This document shows positions 1 through 9,017 of a DNA stretch of 32,000 bases, in pieces. The stretch's first letter is position 1, and every line of letters begins with the position of its first letter. The stretch comes from Candidatus Saccharimonadota bacterium (GTDB lineage: Bacteria > Patescibacteriota > Gracilibacteria > BD1-5 > UBA6164): NCBI GenBank assembly GCA_965227835.1, contig OZ245768.1:690001-722000 (forward strand), in the 5' to 3' direction. Made by a program: the position numbers and the translations under genes. The notes beneath the pieces are model-generated. The model was given only the letters and a program-made list of their open reading frames with translations. It searched no databases and was not told the origin of the DNA.

Positions 1-1706
1 AGTGCGGCTAAAGCATTTCATAGTTTATCGTTTAATACCACATCTTCTATTTTTTCTTTTGGAAGACTAGATTTTATAAAATCAAACAAAGCTTTTAAAT
101 CCTTAGATTTTTCTTCTTCTTGTTTTTTTTGTTTTTCAGTTTTTTGTTCTAATTCTATATCATCACTAGTTATAGAAATCAGTTTAGCTTCTTTATAATC
201 AGTAAAACTTTGCATTAAAAATGAATCTATAGGATCAGTTAGGATTAAAACATCTATATTTTTTTCTCTAAATTGATTTAGGTAAGGACTAGACAGGGCT
301 TCTGAGTGAGATTTAGATATTATATAGTAAATCTTCTTTGATGCTTTTTTGTTTTCTTCCTCATTTTCATTTTTATTATCATCTTTTTTAATTTCTTCTT
401 TTGAGTTACTTTTTGTATCCTCTGGAGCTTTCTCTAAATATTCATCAAGTGTTATTAGTGATGTATTATTCATTGATTTAAACATAGATATTTCTGCTAT
501 ATCTTGTTTTAGGTCATATTCATAATGTATTCATTCTTTTATAGTTTTTCAATAATTTTCCCAGAATTTTATATAATCTTCTCTTTTATTTTTCAAAGTT
601 TTTCAAAGTTCTGTTATAACTTTTTTTGTTAATCATTTTTTTATTTTATCCAGTGAGCTATTTGATTGAAGCATTTCTCTGCTTATGTTCAAAGGTAAAT
701 CTGAGGTTTCAACTACTCAAGAAATGAATCTAAGCCAAACAGGCATTAGCTCTTTTGCATTTTCTAAAATCAATACATTTTGTACATATAATCTTGGTCC
801 ATAATCAACATTTGGATCATTTAAGTTTTTATACATACTCACTTCTTTTGGAGAAAAAAGTATTGATTTATAAGATACCATTCATTCTACATTATTATGA
901 ATATGAAAAAGAGGATTATTCCAATCACTTGAAACTGTTTTATAAAACTCTTCATATTGCTCTTTTTTGATTTCAGATTTAGATTTTTTCCATATGGCTT
1001 TTGTTTCGTTTACTTGCTCAAAAGGCATTTCTTTTTTTTCTTTTTTCTTTTCTTCATCAGTTCTAGAATCATACTGCTTCATCATTATAGGAGTTGAAAT
1101 ATAGTTTGAATATTTTTTTACTAGTTCTTTTAATTTCCAATCTTCTAAATATTCTTTTTCCTCTTTTTTAATATATAAAGTAACTCTAGTTCACCTTGGT
1201 GCACTTTTGATATCCATTTCTTCTATAATATAGCTATCCTTTCAATCAGAAGACCATTTATAAGCTTTTTTATCTTCAGGACTTTTAGTAAATACCTCAA
1301 CTTTATCTGCAACCATAAAACTTGAATAAAATCAAACCCCAAATTGACCAATTAAACTATTTTCTCAAGATTCTTTTGCTTTTTTTAATTTCTCTAAAAA
1401 TTCTTTTGTTCCAGATTTTGCTATTGTTCAAAGATTTTTTTGTAATTCATTGTTTGTCATTCAAATACCGTTATCACTTACAGAAATGCTTTTATTTTTT
1501 TCATCTATTTCAATCATTATTTTAAACTCACTATCTTTTCATAAATAGTTTGTATCTGTTAGAGATTTTATCCTAGCTTTGTCTATTGCATCATTTGAGT
1601 TGGATATAAGTTCTCTTAAAAATATTTCTTTGTTTGAATATATACTGTGAGTTAAGAGTTCTAAAACTTTTCAGGTTTCAGCTTCAAAATTGTGTTTGTT
1701 GCTCAT
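1..1706 (-). CDS. htpG: Molecular chaperone HtpG (Hsp90 family); C-terminal end runs off the left edge of the window
   Basis: With TGA=Gly the minus frame is continuous from ATG 1704-1706 to position 1. N-terminus is [45 protein letters not shown] (Hsp90 ATPase motif). Track ORFs 18..485 and 882..1085 are in the same frame. The apparent stop at 18-20 is TGA, followed by NALAA. Confidence 0.93.
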
Positions 1707-1750
1707 TTTTTATTTAAAATTTAGGATATAAAATAAATTTTTTACCAAAT

Positions 1751-1783
1751 ATACTGGCACATAAATTATTTAAGTGCCAGTAT
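1751..1783. promoter_or_regulatory. Perfect 10-bp inverted repeat ATACTGGCAC-N13-GTGCCAGTAT, 45-77 nt upstream of the htpG start; candidate operator or hairpin
   Basis: Arms at 1751-1760 and 1774-1783 read directly from the sequence. Function is inferred only from position. Confidence 0.3.
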
Positions 1784-1830
1784 ATTATTACTTTTTATTG
1801 TTTAGTCAAGAAAAAAGCTAAAATTATAAA

Positions 1831-1859
1831 ACAGGTTCATACATCAAGTATGAACCTGT
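1831..1859 (-). terminator. Rho-independent terminator downstream of the small membrane-protein gene
   Basis: 11-bp stem ACAGGTTCATA/TATGAACCTGT with a 7-nt loop. On the minus strand it is followed by the T-rich run TTTATAATTTTAGCTTTTTT. Confidence 0.6.
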
Positions 1860-1911
1860 TTAGTAAAACTATTAAGTAGTTTTACTAATTTTTTTCTCTC
1901 CTTTTTCTCTT

Positions 1912-2142
1912 CTACAACTTTGCCCACTTATTTAAATCATTCATAAGTCCAATAGCTCCTGAATAATAAAATAATGTTAAAGATATAATTATCATATATG
2001 TAAATTTAGCCCAATACAAAGAGTTAGTAAAATTTAAAACAATAAAAGAAATAAAGGGACCTAATAAAAATAAAATTATTAGGCTTTTAATAATGTCTGT
2101 AATAATATTATCATTTGCTCTGTTTCTTATAAGATTTTTCAT
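1912..2142 (-). CDS. Small 2-TM membrane protein (76 aa), function unknown
   Basis: Intact ORF with a TAG stop. Strong SD AAAGGAGG lies 5 nt before the ATG. Two hydrophobic segments. All 3 Gly codons are GGN and there is no TGA. Confidence 0.7.
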   Translation of the reverse strand: MKNLIRNRANDNIITDIIKSLIILFLLGPFISFIVLNFTNSLYWAKFTYMIIISLTLFYYSGAIGLMNDLNKWAKL

Positions 2143-2184
2143 ATTAACCTCCTTTTAATTAAAATTAAAAAAATCTTATTTAAG

Positions 2185-2213
2185 ATGGTAACAAAAAGTA
2201 TATAGTTTGTCAA
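2185..2213 (-). promoter_or_regulatory. Sigma70-like promoter TTGACA-17-TACCAT for the small membrane-protein gene
   Basis: Minus-strand TTGACA at 2213-2208, 17-nt spacer, TACCAT at 2190-2185, about 45 nt upstream of the ATG. Confidence 0.4.
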
Positions 2214-2312
2214 ATTTACTTTTCTCATAATCAAAACTTACCTAATTTTCATAAAAAACACTTATTTTTTACCTTGAATAAAAATATATTGAAACATCTT
2301 TGTTGTTTTATT

Positions 2313-4742
2313 TTAAACAACTCCAATCCTATATTCTATTTCTTTACTTACAAATTCTTTATCCCTTCAATATTTTAGTCTAGAAAGTTCTACCAAAGCT
2401 TTGGAAACTTTATCATCCCCTGTTTCAAGATATGGATTTAGGGGTATCATAGAAAAAGGAGTAGTAGGCTGATTATCTATAACTATTTTATTTACTGATT
2501 TAAATTTATCCATATTTACCAAATCCTGTTCAGAAAATACAGGAGCATAATATTTTGCCATAAATTCTCAATCTTCTGGTCATATCTTATAACTCATAAC
2601 ATTTCAAACATTACCAAAAATAGCCTGTTTTAAGTTTAGTTGAGATTTTGTAAGAGCATCGCTTTGTTCTAATTGTCACAAATACTGATGAGCTATATTT
2701 AATGATAGTCTATATTTTCTTGCTTCTGATAATATAGATTCAATAGAATCAGTTACATAATTTTGGAACTCATCTATATAAAGATAAAAATCTTGCCTCT
2801 GCTCTTTTGGAATATTATCTCTCCTCATAGCTGCCATTTGTAACTTAGAAACAAGAACCATTCAAAGAAGTTTTGAATTTAAATCTCCAAGCCTACCTTT
2901 TGACAAATTAACCAAAAGTATTTTTTTACCCTGCATTATATCACCTATATCAAAAGAGCTATTTATCTGTCAAATTATATTCCTCATCATCTTGTTTGTA
3001 ATAAATTGACCAAACTTAGCTGCAAAATATGGTATTATCTCTTGCTTTTCCCTATCTCACATAGAAGCATAAGTTTTCTCCCACCAAGCTTTTACAATAG
3101 GATTTTTAACATGCCTAACCCTATCACTTTGAAACTCCATATCTGTAAATATTCTAATAACATCAGTTATAGCTCAACCACTAGGATAATCCATCAAAGC
3201 AAGTACAGCATTTCTAAAATAATCTTGAAGTCTAGGTCAAAATATCTCGTTTCAAAAAAGTTTAATCATTATATTCAAAGCATCCATAGCAACCATTTCT
3301 TTTTCTTCAGGACTATGGGCTTCGAGTAAATTAAGTCACATAGGTCTATCCAAATCACTTGGATCAAAATAAATAACATCATCTGCCCTTTCTCTTGGAA
3401 TGAATGGAAGAACATCTTTTACCAAATCTCAGTGGGGATCAATAACACAAACTCATTTTCATTCTCTCAAATCTTGCCTTATCATAGTTTGGAAAATACT
3501 TGATTTTCAAGTACCAGTTTGTCATATAACATAAAAATGCCTAAACCTATCTTCATTTTTAACTCTTATCTCTTTTTTAACTCCTCTGTAAATATTATGT
3601 CATATAAGTATTCATTGCTTTGGTATATCTTTTGGTGCTTTTACAAGTTTGAAATTTTGCCATTTTATTTCAGATATTTTATTATATTTTATATGAGGAA
3701 AGTGAAATATAGATGATATCTCTTCTGTATTTAAAATCATTTTTTTAAGCCATATAGGTTTAGACATAAACCTATATATATAATTTTTTAATATAGTTTT
3801 GTGAGAATGTCTATAAGTACTAGAGAATTTATTGAAATCTGTATGAGAAAATTGAGAAAAACTAGATATTATATTTTTAATTTCTGTGTCAACCATAGAC
3901 TCGTCATTTCAAGTAGCTATTATTCTAATAACTGCCTCATAACCTGTTTTATCAGCTTTTTCATCAACTGTCTTTGCTCTTTCTTGTGTAAGAGCTGAGG
4001 TTTCTGGTTCATCGTTTTTTTTGCTTTCTTCCTGTGAAGAAAATAAATCAATAAAAGATATGATTAACTTTATAGGATTTAGAGATAATCAAGTCTTTTT
4101 TCATTTCATTATTTTAGAACTTGCATCGCTACATTTTTCTTGCCAGTTATCTCATGTAGGTCTTAGGAGTATTTGAATAACAGCACTTTCATCTTCTTCA
4201 AGTTTACTTAAAGCACTTGTAATATTATTTATAGGATCACTTTCAAGTTTATTGTAAGTTTTTATAGGATAGAAAAATTCCCTTTTAGTATTTAAGTAGC
4301 TTGATTTTATGTATTTCTTATTTTCAAAAATATTGACCTCTGTTGTTTCTTCTACAACAGCATCTGTATAAAATGAGTTTATCTGTTTTTCTACTAAGTT
4401 TTTATATTTCTTAGGAACCACAACATAAAAAAGTATCTCATTTTCATGGGCTATATATTCAAAACTTATTATGTCTTGACCTGTTATCTTAGAAATTAGC
4501 TTTGAAGAATATATACTTTTTAATGATGCCAAAAGCTGTTCCATAAGACCTATCATCTCTTTGAAATCTTTTGTAGTTTCTTTTCTATCATCAAGTTCAC
4601 TTTCTTTTTTAGGAAGAGTTATCTTAAAAAATGATAAGTTTAGAGTCCTTAAAAAATTTACTCTTTTTCTCAAAACAAAAATAAACAAAAAAAAGAGAAA
4701 AACTAAAGTAAATAAAACGGTTAAAATTGTATAAAGAGTCAT
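2313..4742 (-). CDS. Type IV secretion coupling-protein-like P-loop ATPase (VirD4/TraD/TraG-like) with an N-terminal TM anchor
   Basis: One 809-aa frame joins track ORFs 2367..2561, 2676..2861, 3612..3896 and 4152..4745 through TGA codons only. Walker A VIGQTGTGKS, then IDPHGD. Walker B region FYLYIDEFQNY and SEARKYRLSLNIAHQ. N-terminal TM helix. TTG at 4743-4745 is an alternative start. True stop is TAA at 2313-2315. Confidence 0.85.
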
Positions 4743-4850
4743 CAAATTGGAATTAAAAGTAAGAATTTCTTTTATTATATCATAAACTTAGGTTTTTTTA
4801 AAAATTTTTTTAAAAAAGAATTAAAAGAAACCTTAAAAGCAAGAAAAGTT

Positions 4851-4879
4851 TTGACTTTTGCAATAAATTTATATATACT
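4851..4879 (+). promoter_or_regulatory. Sigma70-like promoter TTGACT-17-TATACT upstream of the toxin-antitoxin pair
   Basis: TTGACT at 4851-4856, 17-nt spacer, TATACT at 4874-4879, 28 nt before ATG 4907. Confidence 0.5.
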
Positions 4880-4906
4880 ATATGTATATATAATTTAAAA
4901 AAGGAA

Positions 4907-5146
4907 ATGAAGAAAATTAGATATAGTAGACAAAAAGATTTATTATTAAAAAATAGTAGAGGTATCAGCTTTGATGAAATTTTAAAAAATTGAGAGTTAT
5001 TAAAAAATATACCTCATCCCTGAAGAGAAAATCAAAAAATAATGATTTATAAATATAAAAACTACCCTTATTGTATACCTTATGTAGAAGAAGAGGACTA
5101 TATATTCCTAAAAACTATATTTCCAAATAGAAAATTTAAAATTTAA
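4907..5146 (+). CDS. BrnT-like (DUF497-related) type II toxin, 79 aa
   Basis: MKKIRYSRQKDLLLKNSRGISFDEILKNGELLKNIPHPGRENQKIMIYKYKNYPYCIPYVEEEDYIFLKTIFPNRKFKI. Two in-frame TGA=Gly codons. The RGISFDEI and IFLKTIFPNRK motifs resemble this toxin family from memory. Ends 10 nt upstream of the antitoxin start. Confidence 0.6.
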
Positions 5147-5156
5147 AAAAATAATT

Positions 5157-5435
5157 ATGAAAAGAATAAATGATAAACCACTAGATGATTACGAAAAAGA
5201 ATTAAAACAAATGATAGAAAATGATGAACTTGATTATTCAAATTCAGAGGTGGATGAAAGCTTAATTAAAGCCATAGAAAATTTTAAGGAAGAAAGAAGA
5301 AAAAAAACTATATCTATAAGACTGACAAATAAATCTCTTAATTCTATAAAGAAGTTTGCTAAGTCACAAAATATACCATATCAAACACTTATAAATATAC
5401 ATCTAAACAACTTTGCTGAAAGTATAGAGTCATAG
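5157..5435 (+). CDS. BrnA/CopG-like ribbon-helix-helix antitoxin, 92 aa
   Basis: C-terminal TISIRLTNKSLNSIKKFAKSQNIPYQTLINIHLNNFA matches the BrnA/COG3514 pattern (ISIRL...IPYQTLI). Acidic N-terminal half. TAG stop. Confidence 0.7.
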   Translation: MKRINDKPLDDYEKELKQMIENDELDYSNSEVDESLIKAIENFKEERRKKTISIRLTNKSLNSIKKFAKSQNIPYQTLINIHLNNFAESIES

Positions 5436-5463
5436 ATATATTTTACGGGGGCAATAAATATTT

Positions 5464-5709
5464 TTAAGGAAAATCCTTGCCTCACTTGGACCAAGGATTG
5501 CATCTTATAATTCTCCAAAATCATTTCAACCATCAAAGAAAAAAACCATTTTTTTTAAGTGCAAGTTTAGTATACTCACTACAACTTGGTGTATATTTAC
5601 AATATCAAAAAGGATAAATAGACTTGCCTAAAGAAGAATAATCAGGACTTAAAGTTTTTTGATACAATTCAATGAGTTTTATAGATTTATTTATACAATA
5701 TTTACACAT
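5464..5709 (-). CDS. yidD: Membrane protein insertion efficiency factor YidD
   Basis: 81 aa: MCKYCINKSIKLIELYQKTLSPDYSSLGKSIYPFGYCKYTPSCSEYTKLALKKNGFFLGWLKGFWRIIRCNPWSKGGKDFP. Shows the YidD signature (YQ..SP, C.Y.PSCS.Y, RI.RC.P...GG.D.P). Five TGA=Gly codons. Confidence 0.85.
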
Positions 5710-5719
5710 ATTTAAAAAA

Positions 5720-7198
5720 CTATTTCTTAATTCTAGATAAAACAGAAGATATGGTTTTAAAAAGTATTTTTAAGTCAAGTAAGAAACTCCAGTTTTCTAT
5801 ATAAAATATATCAAGATCTGCTTCTTTCTCAAAATCATTCTCTTCCCTACCGTTTACTTGTGCCATTCAAGTGATTCAAGGTTTTATAGTAAAAAGTCTA
5901 TTGTGTATTTGTTTATAATTTTTTACCTCTCTTGCTTGATGGGGTCTAGGACCAATAAGGCTCATATTTCATATAAGAACATTAAAAAGTTGAGGTAGTT
6001 CATCAATAGAGTATTTTTCTATAAAATTCCCAACCTTAGTTTTTCTAGGGTCATTTTTTATCTTATAAAGAGGTCATTTTCTCATAGATTTTTTTTCTAT
6101 CAAACTCATTTCATAATCCAAAGCTTTTTTCTTTTCTGTGTCTGGTAAATTATAAGAATCTTTGATACAAAATTCCCATTTCATATATCTAAATTTATAC
6201 AAATCAAAATCTTTGCCGTCTCTTCAAATTCTCTTATTTTTAAAAATTATAGGTCCAGATGGGTCTTCTATTTTTATAAAAATAGCTATTATCAAAAAAA
6301 ATGGGAAAAATATACAAATAAATAAAAGAGAAAGAAAAATATCAAACAGCCTTTTAAACATTATATTCCATCAAGAAAGCATAGTATTTTTTAACTCCAA
6401 AACAGGTATATCATTAATCAAACTAAGTTCGGTATTTGTTTTGGTTATATCAAAACTATTAGTCAAATATCTGTATCTAACTCAAAAAATCCTAGTAAAC
6501 TCCCATATTTCATAAAGTTCTTTTTTAGTAAAGTCACTATCTATGTATATGATTTCATTTAAGTTCCTATTTGAAATTTCTTTCTTCAAAGAGTCAAGAT
6601 TTATGTATTTTATATTAATTTTTTCAACAAAAGAGCTATTTGAATATCAAACCAAATTGTAAACATTTGCCTTTTTTATATCATCAAGTATTTCCTTTAT
6701 CATATGCTCTTTTTTGTTGTTTATGATAACTAGGTTGTTTTTATTTAATATTTTTTTCTGTATTAAAAAATACCAAATATTATTTAGAATAAATCTCACA
6801 AAAAGCATTCAAAAAATTGATAGGAAAAGAGCAAAAAATATTATTAGTCTTGGTAGCTCTCTCTCAAATATGAAGTCTATACCCAGATAAACCAAAACAG
6901 AGAAAAATAAAAAAGCATAAAAACTATATATAAATATATTTAAAAATTCTTTTAGTTTGGAATTTACTATTTTTATTGAATAGAGTCAGTGAGCAGAGAA
7001 AAAAACCACAACTATAATTCAAGCTAAAAGTGAATATAAAAGTAAATTATTTGTATCTATGGTCTGTATTTGTAGATCAATTCAAGGTATAAAGTCACTT
7101 ATAAGTCTTAGTTTTCTAGCTATAAAAAAACTAAAAAAAACTATAAAGAAATCTAGTATTACTTTTATAAGTCAGAAAATTATTTCTTGTTTTTTCAT
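5720..7198 (-). CDS. Polyprenyl glycosylphosphotransferase (bacterial sugar transferase, WbaP/EpsB-like)
   Basis: 492-aa frame, length a multiple of 3. C-terminal domain [46 protein letters not shown]...IKPGITGMAQVNGR...[17 protein letters not shown]. Multi-TM N-terminus. Confidence 0.88.
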
Positions 7199-7520
7199 AT
7201 TTTTAGATTTGATTTATAATTTTTAGAATTTTAGAAATTAATCAATATAAATATAATAAAATATCTTTAAAATTCCATTAAAAATTGCTTGTGGTTAAAA
7301 ACTAATATATTTTTAATGAGATATTTAATTTAGAAGTTTAAAATACAAAACAAATAGGGAGTTAAATTTTAAATTTTTGATTATAATAAAAAATTTTGTA
7401 AAATTTATGTAAAGGGACCTGTAGAAAAATTAACATCTATTAAAAAGTAATTTTGCCACAAGCCACTAAATATTATTAGTAATTTATCAAAAAAGGGTTT
7501 AAATTTCTAAAAAGTTAAAT

Positions 7521-8750
7521 TTGAGTAAAATATTAAAATTATCTATATTAATAATTTATCTGTTTTCTTGTTTCACCCAGTATACAAAAAATATAGTTTT
7601 TGCTAAAAAAAACGAAACATATTTTATAGTAACAGCTTACTATTCTCCCCTACCAAATCAGAGACAATATATGACCTGAAGTTATTATTGAGATTTAAGA
7701 TTAAACTGAAATTGACATACAACAGCATCTCAAAAACCCATAAATATATGATATTTAGCAGCACCAACTAAATATCCTTTTGGTACAAAAATATATTTTA
7801 ATTGATATGGGGTATGAGTGGTAGAAGACAGATGATGAGCTATAGTAAAGGCATGAAATAGATGATATGAATATGATAGAATAGATGTATGGGTAGGTTA
7901 TTGAGATGAATGACTACAAAGAGCTAAAAAGTGGGGTAAAAGAACAATAAAATGAAGGGTGGTTTCTAGAATATCTAAAGTAAATCTAGAATTTGGTAAA
8001 GATGTATTAAAAACTGTAGAAAACATAAAAGTAAACCCAAAAAATCACAACGAAAAAGATGTAAAAAAACTACAAGAAAAATTTATAGAATTTTCAATTT
8101 ATAATTGAGAAATAGATGGTAAATACGAAAGTATTAAAGAATCATTAATAAACTTTCAAGTTGAAAACAAAATAATAAAATCCAAAAATGATATAGCAGC
8201 ATGATGGTTTGGACCAAAAACATACTTAACTCTTTTGAAAAAATATTGAAATGAAGATATTTTGATAAAAAAAGAGACCAAAAATTTAATGGAAACAAGT
8301 GATAAAGTAAAAATAATATTAAATCATGAAGAAATAAAACTAAATTGAGATGCTCCTCAAGAATCAGAGGTAAAAAAAGTACAATCACTATTAAAAAAAT
8401 TAGGAATGTATGATTGAGAAATAGATGGAAGCTTTGATAAAATTAAAAAAATACTTCTTGATTTCCAAAAAAAAGCAGGAATAATAAGAAAAGATGATGA
8501 TTGGTGAGCATGATATTTTTGAGAAAAAACAAAACAAGCACTAGTAAATTATTTTGAAAATAATGAAAAAAGTAAAAAAAAGACAATAGATGATATAAGC
8601 TATGAAGAATTAGATGAAATATGAAATAAACTAAAAAAATACTCTTCAAAAGAAGAATTTGTAGAAAAGCTAAAAAAAGCAAGAAAAAAAGTAAGAAATT
8701 CAAATCAGACAAAAAAAATAGATTATCTGATAGAAATTATAGAATCTTAA
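7521..8750 (+). CDS. Secreted 3D-domain (RlpA/MltA-like) protein with peptidoglycan-binding repeats, paralog 1
   Basis: 409 aa with TGA=Gly. Signal peptide SKILKLSILIIYLFSCFTQYTKNIVFA. FIVTAYYSPLPNQRQY..GSYYGDLRLNGNGHTTAS; DRGGAIVKAG; RIDVWVGYGDEGLQRAKKWG. PG_binding_1-like repeats (YNGEIDGKYESIKESLINFQ; YDGEIDGSFDKIKKILLDFQKKAGI). Start is probably TTG 7521; in-frame TAA at 7500. Confidence 0.85.
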
Positions 8751-8771
8751 ATAAAAAGTTAGTATTTCTAG

Positions 8772-8905
8772 TCAACAAAGAGCTTTAGCTCTTTGAATTA
8801 ATTCTAACATTTCAACAGAAAGCTTTAGCTTTTTGAAGAGTTGAATCAGAAGCTAGATTAAGACCTTTGAAGGGTTGAACCAACAAAGAGCTTTAGCCTT
8901 TTGAA
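8772..8905. repeat. Array of 3-4 degenerate palindromic (hairpin-forming) repeat units between the two 3D-domain genes
   Basis: Units TCAACAAAGAGCTTTAGCTCTTTGAA (8772-8797), TTCAACAGAAAGCTTTAGCTTTTTGAAG (8811-8838), a degenerate unit around 8841-8879, and CCAACAAAGAGCTTTAGCCTTTTGAAAA (about 8880-8905). Each folds as an 8-bp stem with a TTTA loop. Confidence 0.6.
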
Positions 8906-9017
8906 AAACAAAAAACACATTAAAAAACAAAATATAATATCTTGTAAAGCTTCATATATTTATAATAATCAAAAACTATGCTAAAATATTTGAAATTTAT
9001 ACAAAAACAAAAACAAA

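Noticed and set aside
1754-1770. TGGCAC within the htpG-upstream palindrome as a sigma-54 -24 element.
   Set aside because: There is no TTGC -12 element at the required spacing on either strand. The plus-strand orientation would point away from any gene.
2900-6515. Plus-strand track ORFs 3006..3329, 3519..3716, 3801..3998 and 6162..6515.
   Set aside because: They are antisense to the coupling-ATPase and sugar-transferase genes, which have clear motifs. The translations are low-complexity.
8772-8905. Possible small CRISPR array.
   Set aside because: There are only 3-4 degenerate units with irregular spacing of about 10-15 nt, far shorter than spacers. The units are full palindromes, and there is no cas gene or leader nearby.
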